Positions 57,591 through 64,000 of a DNA stretch of 64,000 nt are shown one piece after another. Below the pieces are notes generated by a model that saw only the letters and a list, made by a program, of their open reading frames with translations, was not told where the DNA came from and did no database searches. The DNA is from Macrostomum lignano (Eukaryota): NCBI GenBank assembly GCA_002269645.1, contig NIVC01000522.1, forward strand, positions 486,996 to 550,995, given 5' to 3'. Every line of letters starts with the position of its first letter. Within the stretch, counting starts at the first letter, position 1. Made by a program: the position numbers and the translations under genes.

Positions 57591-58332
57591 ATGTCAATAA
57601 ACTTTGCAGGTGAATCCATTTCTGGCAACAGCGCTCTTACATCAGCTCAAATATCCATCCTTGACAGGCGATATATCAACAGCGACGAAAAGATCCCAGA
57701 GATCAAACTGAATAAAAACAGACTGAAACAATTAGAGCGCTCCATGCACCAGCTACAGATAAACATAGAAGATCTCAGGCTTAAAGTAGCTAGACAGAAG
57801 TTTGACAGTGATAAGCTTTATGCACAGTTGTCACAGCACTAATGAACTTAGGTCAGAAATAACTTCGATAGTCTCGCAAATCAACGGTTTAAGAACAAAT
57901 TTAGCATCGACAATTAATCTTCTGAGAAACTCCATTGATAGGCGGATGCGCATTCTTGAAGAAGGAGTTTTCACAAACACAGTTAAAGTGAGGAATTTAG
58001 AAGAGTTCATGAACCAGTCAACAGCATTGCATGATAGAATTAAAGAAAACGTCGCAACCAACACAGGTAAAGTGAGGAATTTAGGAGAGTTCATGACTCA
58101 GTCAACAGCGTTGCATGATCAAATCAAAGTAAGAATTACTGCAAATAAAGTCTTTGTAGATTTAGTTTTTACCGAATGGCAGAAATCGGTGAGAAGAATC
58201 GGTCGTCTTGAACGCTTGCATAATCTCAAAAACATTGACGCTGAAGAGGCACCACAGACCACAAGGGAAACAAGTGATCCAACCGACTTGTTTGAGATCA
58301 TGCGTAGAATGGAGCTCACAGATAATGAATAG
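57591..58332 (+). CDS. Polinton coiled-coil protein (two overlapping frames, probable frameshift near 57830)
   Basis: MSINFAGESISG...RRYINSDE followed by heptad-like sequence and internal repeats (NT.KVRNL.EFM.QSTALHD x2). Confidence 0.55.
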
Positions 58333-58440
58333 GCAGATTCAGAGACCTGTTGCCGTCACTGCAGACGAAGCAATCAACCGTAAAACAAATCTAACCACCA
58401 CCAACTAGTTGCCGATTTTTTTAAAAAAATTCCCTTAAAA

Positions 58441-59030
58441 ATGGATGCTCAAAATTCTCTTTATGATCCGAACGCTCCCACAACACCTAGTGCACCTAGT
58501 GCACCCCAATATGAGCAACAAAAACTCTACCCCGTCATTACTTGTAACTCTCAACAGTTTCGACTAGTGGAGATTCAAAAAATGCGCGATGATCTTGAAA
58601 AAAATATTTTCCACAACACAAAGAAAATTAAGCGCTATGACAACCACTGTAAATTTTTCGACTACAGCAATATGATTCTAGGATCTGTGTCTGTTCTATC
58701 TGGATCTGCTGCAGCTGTCTCAGTGTTGCCAGTCATCACAGCCCCAATCGCAATCCCGCTCGGCTCTGTGGGTGCTGCATGTGGACTTATTTCAGCAATT
58801 ACTGGAGCATTAGCGCGAAACAGGCGAAAAAAACTAAAGCAGCTACAGGAGAAGCAAGTAAAAGAGAAAGGGGTGCACACTCAATCATAGGGTACATTTC
58901 AAGGGCAATCGAGGATAAGTTCATTTCAGAGGATGAGTTCAAAACCATTCAGGATCTTTATGAACAATCAATTCGAATGAACTTGAACATGGTCGGTACT
59001 GATGACATGAGTCAGCTGAGAAATGAACTC
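58441..59030 (+). CDS. Polinton membrane protein (GasderminX-like), frameshifted near 58870
   Basis: N-terminal PSAPSAP and LYPVI; FRLVEIQKMR; KKIKRYD; about 48-aa hydrophobic G/A-rich segment; continuation SIIGYISRAIEDKFISEDEF. The family name is from recalled similarity only. Confidence 0.7.
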
Positions 59031-59098
59031 GAGAAAGTTCTTCAACATTATGTGGAAAGAAGGACAACGAGAAGACAACGAGAAATGCACAATGAACC

Positions 59099-59497
59099 CT
59101 ATGAAACACAGCGAATAATTTCCTTGTAGGTCTTTCGTGTTTTGGTCATTGCATACAAAACAGTCATGCACAGCTCACCGCAAATATCACTGCTAAGACC
59201 TTGGAGAATAAAGTCTGAGCGATAAATTTTTTTATTATTTTTTCCCTTCATATAATTTCTTAGCTCTTCTGGTACTGCCGTCCCATAGCTATCGAAGTAA
59301 TAACACTTGTGCTTGCGATCGGGATCAATCACCCAGCAAACCCAATGAGATCCTGGCTTATCGGTGGTGTCAAAGTTCATGATGCCGCATTCTTTTCTTA
59401 GAGGAAAATCAGGCAGAGTGTCCCTCATAAATATTCCTCTAAAGTTTGGGATTTCCAGTTCGTTAGCCAAATCTTCAAGAAAGTTATTTGTCGTCAT
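59099..59497 (-). CDS. Adenain-like cysteine protease
   Basis: FRGIFMRD, GIMNFD...GSHWVC, YFDSYG, Q...SDICGELC (H-D-Q-C catalytic set). Confidence 0.93.
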   Translation of the reverse strand: MTTNNFLEDLANELEIPNFRGIFMRDTLPDFPLRKECGIMNFDTTDKPGSHWVCWVIDPDRKHKCYYFDSYGTAVPEELRNYMKGKNNKKIYRSDFILQGLSSDICGELCMTVLYAMTKTRKTYKEIIRCVS

Positions 59498-59546
59498 TTT
59501 TTATGAGGTTTATTAAACTTTCTCTTAAACCTAAACAATCTCTAAC

Positions 59547-62500
59547 CTAACCTCCATAACCTAATACTCCTAACCTCCTAACTCCACCTCCTAAACCTAA
59601 TCTCCAGTGCCCGAACGGTAGACTGTTGATATTGTCATCAAAAATGAATCTCTTGTTATCTGCACCTGACAGTCCAATCTTCTTTTGCTGAATTGTGTGA
59701 ATAATATGGTTTTTAGATTGTAGCTTTGAGAACTCATGTGATGTCTTTTTGTTGCAATTCAAGGCGTCTCTGTATTCAGCTTCATTAATTTCCTTCCTAA
59801 CACACGTTTCGGAATTCCCTTTGATTTTTTATTGGGTCTGACGACTCACATTTTATAAAATAGGACTTTGCTCTCAACCCAATGAATTCAGTGATTATGT
59901 CACCAGCAATCTCGTCCTTCATTTTCCCAATCACTTTCTTGTTAGTGGCGTCAAACACTTGATCGCCATTCTGTGTCCTGCAAGATTCATCATACTCAGA
60001 CAAGTCAAACAAATCTTTTTGCTGCAGCATGTCCTGATAAATGTCTTCTGTTTGAATGTCCATAATAAAACTGTCTGTGTCAGTGTACAAGAGTTTCATT
60101 TTATCCTTGTACTGCTGCTTCATGCCATAGAAGAACTGGTACATCAGACGTTTTGATTCGTCGAGAACAGTGACACCTGTATAGATCGGCTTGCGCAGCG
60201 TCACCTTGGTTTTGTAAAATATGATCACACCTAAGTAGCTATTAAAGATATGGAGTTCTTTGAATGTTGGCTTTGACATATTTGCCTGAATAACATCAGG
60301 CTCTGATGAGGTAACAAGTTTCAGGTTTGTTCTTTTCCGCTCATTCTCAAGAGTCTTGCCATAGACAGAGTTGTTGGCCAACTTAAAGAGGTTCTTGTCA
60401 AAGTCGTTGGTTGCTTTGGTCCTAAACTGGGTGTTCTTATCAATGTAGGGTTTCATCCACGCTTCCTCTGTAAATGTAAGAGCCCTGTGAACTTTGGTGA
60501 CCCTGCAACCAAGTGAGATAAAATACTGAAGCAGTTTGTAATGGATTTTGTAACGTGTCTTGTTGTTTAGATTCTGTGTTAGTTTCTCTGTATGTTCTTT
60601 TTCTGTTCCTGACAGTGCCAAGTTCCATTATTATCATTGGGAGTTTCGATTATTTTCGGGCACTTGATGTTCTCTGGGAAGGGTGGAAAGTCAGAGAAAT
60701 AGTCGTGAAGCTCTGGTGGAATGTAAACATCAACCTCATAAATGGCAGCCAATGAAAAGTCCCACTTTGTTCTGATGAGGGTAGCCATCGAAAATCTCTA
60801 ACTGGAAGATCTTGACTCATCGCCCACCCGTAGAGATTATTAGCGTCCAAGTAAGTAATGTAGTTTGAGGGCTGCTCCTTATTGTAAGATTCAATGTAGG
60901 GATTGTTTGCTTTTGCATACCTGTTAACGCAAATTGAGATTCCCCCTCGCTTTGACGATTCGACAAAATTGTACATGTCAATGTCTGTAAGAAGTTCAAT
61001 GTACCAATCTGGATCTTGATCCCATTTCATTTTAAGCAAAGATTCCCAGCTAGTGGCAGGCAGAGACACATAATGTGCTGGATCGAGGCCATATGCTGTG
61101 TACCAGGTGTATCTGAAGGTTTCAAACACATCGGCCAGCAGAAACACATCTGTGAAGAGGTAAAGCAGGTGATACTGGAAGAAGTTTTGACAATTAAAGT
61201 AATTATAGACATGCTTCGCGTGCTCATAGTCTTTGTCAGAGATTCCAGAGTCTGTTAGCTTTGAAAAGAACTTCTCCTGTGGTGGTAAACCTTCTTCAAA
61301 TACGTGATACCAGTAATATTTTCATAGGGGTAGAAGCCTTTGGTTCTCAGGAGTTTAAATGATTCATCAGTGTTGTTAATTTTACTTGCAAACATCTTTG
61401 TATATGTACATTGTTCATCTTTTAGATTCTTGCTTAGTTCGTCTAGACTGGCAGCTAGAAATTGATATGAATCCTTCAGTCTTATTTTACCTGTACCCGA
61501 ATTATCCTGTTTAATATCAACACACTTAAACTTCTCCTTGTTCTCTGCGATGCAATCAAGGTGTATGTCTGGAATCATGCCGATTTTTTCAACTATTAAA
61601 TGCATGTCATAGTTCTTTGCGTTGTGACAAAATATCGTTAGATCATGAATGTTCGATTTTAGCTTTAGATTACAGGTGTTATGCGCTGCACCTCTAAATT
61701 TCCCAGTAAAGTGGCAGTGGTCCCTAACGGTGGGTTTTTAATATTAGTGCAAGTTAAATGTTTCCTGCAGATGTGCATTGAGTTGCTGATAGGAAATTGC
61801 TTTCATCCTCCTCAGTCATCATTATTGGAACAGGTTGAAGGGTGCTAATCACTTTTTGCAACTCTAACATTCTGGCAATAAACTGCTCCACACACTGCTC
61901 TCCAAAGAAATAATTATACTCAACAAGTCCTTTTGTAGTAATAAAGGCATATGCTACTGATTGGGACATGTTTTTGAGTTTGAGTTTGTTTTGAGTTTCT
62001 GGCACGATTGAGCATTCGAAATCAGCATATAAACAAATGGGAGCTTCTCCATCTTGTGATAGTTCTTAAAACGGAGATACTTCTCTTCAGCTGAAGGAAG
62101 AAGCAGTTTGTTGGGTGATCCTCGCATGATAATTCATGCTCTGTTAGCTTTTTCAAAGCGTTCAGCAGTCACTGTAATGCTTAAGGCACAAGCGGCAGAT
62201 GGCAACAGCCTCGTGATGATTATTCAACTGCTTGTGAATGAGTCTTGAAAGATCTTTAATCCAAACATAGTGAGCCTCCTCTAGTAAATTACCAATCACT
62301 AGAAGATCCACTTCAGTCCGCCTTTTCCCCTCAGGATCTAAAACGTCTTTGCTACATCTGACCGGTTGAACTTTCTCAGTTTTTTCACTCCACTCAAAGA
62401 CTGTGATTCTAATTTTGTTATTAAACACTTCTTCTAGCTTTGGGATCTGAGAGATGCCAAGCCTCCTTTGTCAAACCTGATTCCCTTCTTTTCGCATTCG

Positions 62501-63392
62501 ATGAGATAGTAGTTGAAATAATTTTGATAATTTGAGGTTCTTTCGCGGTGGTGTGGGACACTAAAAAGTGCAGAAAGAACTGCCCATAGAGCACAGCAAT
62601 TGTCTTTATTTTTAACATTTATGCAAGCTTTTTTGCCGGCTAGCTTATGGGAGCTCTATATAAGAGGAGGCTTTAAGTGGGTCATATTTCATGACCATGA
62701 CAGTCGCTCTTTGAATCCCTCCACGACCCATCCGGAACCTCTGGATGTAAACGCTTCAATTTTCTTATTGACATCTTGAAGGAAAGGATCCAGTGTGTCT
62801 GTTGGGGTGAATGGCTTTGCCTTTGTTGTCATGTAATACTCGAGATGCTCAGTGGGTTTTGCAGGCATATAAAACGCAATCTTGAATGATATCTGTAGTT
62901 TAAAGGTCTTGCGTGTTTTGAGTGTGGTGATCAACAACTGATTGGATGCTGTCTTTATAGTCGTAGATGTTTGCGGTGGTCTGCTTATGGGATTGTGTAC
63001 TCTATGTAATGTTCTGTAAACTTCCTCTGTGCAAAATTAATCTCTTCATGGCAAGCTCCGACTCTTTTAAATGGATTAATTGCTCTAATTTCTCTTGTTC
63101 CTGCTTATTTTGTGGGTACTTTGCTTTTTCACCAGTGAGAGTTTCGTAATTTGTTAACTAAGTTGCGACTCCTCTCTTGGTGTTCCTTTGCAGGATTTTT
63201 TATAGGCACATACTGGTTGGATTCTAATTGATTGATGATTTCCAACTGTTTTTCATAGCTTCCCAGGTGACCAGGGTCGGTGTTTGAACTTTTGTTTGCA
63301 TGCTTCTCTTAGTAAATTACTTTTGTCTTGAAATGAGACGCCTTTTGAAAAATTTTGTTGACTAAATCTTTTGCTGGATTAGCTTTTGGCAT
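59547..63392 (-). pseudogene. polB: Protein-primed family B DNA polymerase with an endonuclease VII-like insert; many frameshifts
   Basis: EAFTSRGSGW; YLRFKNYH; YADFECS; CHIC...VRDHCHFTGKFRGAAHNTCNL; CHNAKNYDMH; LKDSYQF; LRTKGFYPY; YLDANNLYGWAMS; KLANNSVYGKT; YTDTDS; FIGLRAKSY; NKR...SLPFGH. Probable start at 63392 (AAAAAAATGCC). Confidence 0.95.
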
Positions 63393-63534
63393 TTTTTTCT
63401 CTAAAATATAAAAAAAATTTTGAGGGTGACCACCCTGATAGAAAAGTTGAACTGTTTCTACATCCTATCAGTAGCGTTTAGGTTTATGAAGCTGGATAAA
63501 GTGGGGTTTTAAACCTCATCACATGCGCATTATT

Positions 63535-63966
63535 GTAAACCCAGCATTGTGCAGTGTCATGATGGCTTTGACAATGTCAGACTTGCTTACAGAATTTTCA
63601 TGCTCACAATCATCACGATCGGGGCAGCCTCTCCTGCCTTAATTGTTATACCTTTGTCTCTTGCAATCTTTTGCAATTCAAGCTGGTGGGCTCTATCATT
63701 ACCAGCTTTAACAGCAGTTGCTACACCTCCAGCTACACCACCTGCGGCACTTACAGCGCCTGCAATGATCGGGAATAAGAGCTGCTAATGGTAGGATTCC
63801 TCCTGACTTTTCATCTGTGATGCTGTGTCTTTGTTCATTACACTGAAGTATTTGCTGCGTGGGATCGATTTTTACTTTGCACCTTTAATTGATATAATAC
63901 CTGCGTTTCTTTGATTCAATGATTTTATTGAGTTTATTGATGGTTACTGGTTTCAATCTTTGTCAT
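63535..63966 (-). pseudogene. PZ/cupiennin-like Polinton protein, frameshifted
   Basis: Minus-strand frame EKSGGILPLAALIPIIAGAVSAAGGVAGGVATAVKAGNDRAHQLELQK matches the conserved GGxLPL...GG..GGVA..V motif of Polintons (recalled). AAAAAATG at 63966. Confidence 0.65.
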
Positions 63967-64000
63967 TTTTTATTTTAATATTTTAATTAATTTCCGCTGT

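Larger units (their letters stand above)
51782..64000. mobile_element. Endogenous Polinton/Maverick (adintovirus-like) element, left about 12.2 kb; continues beyond the window
   Basis: Intronless, densely packed ORFs for pPolB, adenain, A32 ATPase, and major and minor capsid proteins. A candidate AG-starting terminus AGTAGAAGG is at 51782, followed by subterminal tandem repeats. The exact left end is tentative. Confidence 0.93.

Noticed and set aside
59520-59600. CCTAA-rich telomere-like patch at the PolB 3' end
   Set aside because: It is too short and degenerate, and is explained as a low-complexity Gly/Leu tail or intergenic sequence.

Overview
Eukaryotic (metazoan) genomic DNA with spliceosomal GT-AG introns. 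The minisatellite-packed introns and GC-rich exons are reminiscent of a repeat-rich invertebrate such as a free-living flatworm; the host identity is inference only. Host genes: two tandem CYP2-clan cytochrome P450 paralogs (minus strand, one cut by the window edge), TPPP/p25-alpha, an invertebrate-type CLIC, a 9-exon ankyrin-repeat + GH20-like gene that appears to lack the catalytic DE pair, and BCKDK. Mobile DNA: a Gypsy gag fragment; a frameshifted full-length APE-RT-RNaseH LINE (LOA-like) inserted inside a 20-bp minisatellite; a decayed Gypsy element with permuted terminal repeats; a 1.8-kb TIR element carrying two minisatellites; MULE-like and hAT-like MITEs with clear TSDs; an L2/CR1-like 3' fragment; and a defective DD34D mariner inserted into a minisatellite unit. 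From about 51.8 kb to the window end lies an endogenous Polinton/Maverick (adintovirus-like) DNA virus. It has subterminal repeats, penton, hexon, an A32-type ATPase, an adenain-like protease, a protein-primed PolB with an endonuclease-VII-like insert, a PZ/cupiennin-like ORF, a membrane protein carrying PSAP/LYPxI late-domain-like motifs, and several ORFans. Most viral ORFs are frameshifted, and no integrase is visible in the 12 kb shown. All family assignments come from motif recognition by eye; no database searches were run.
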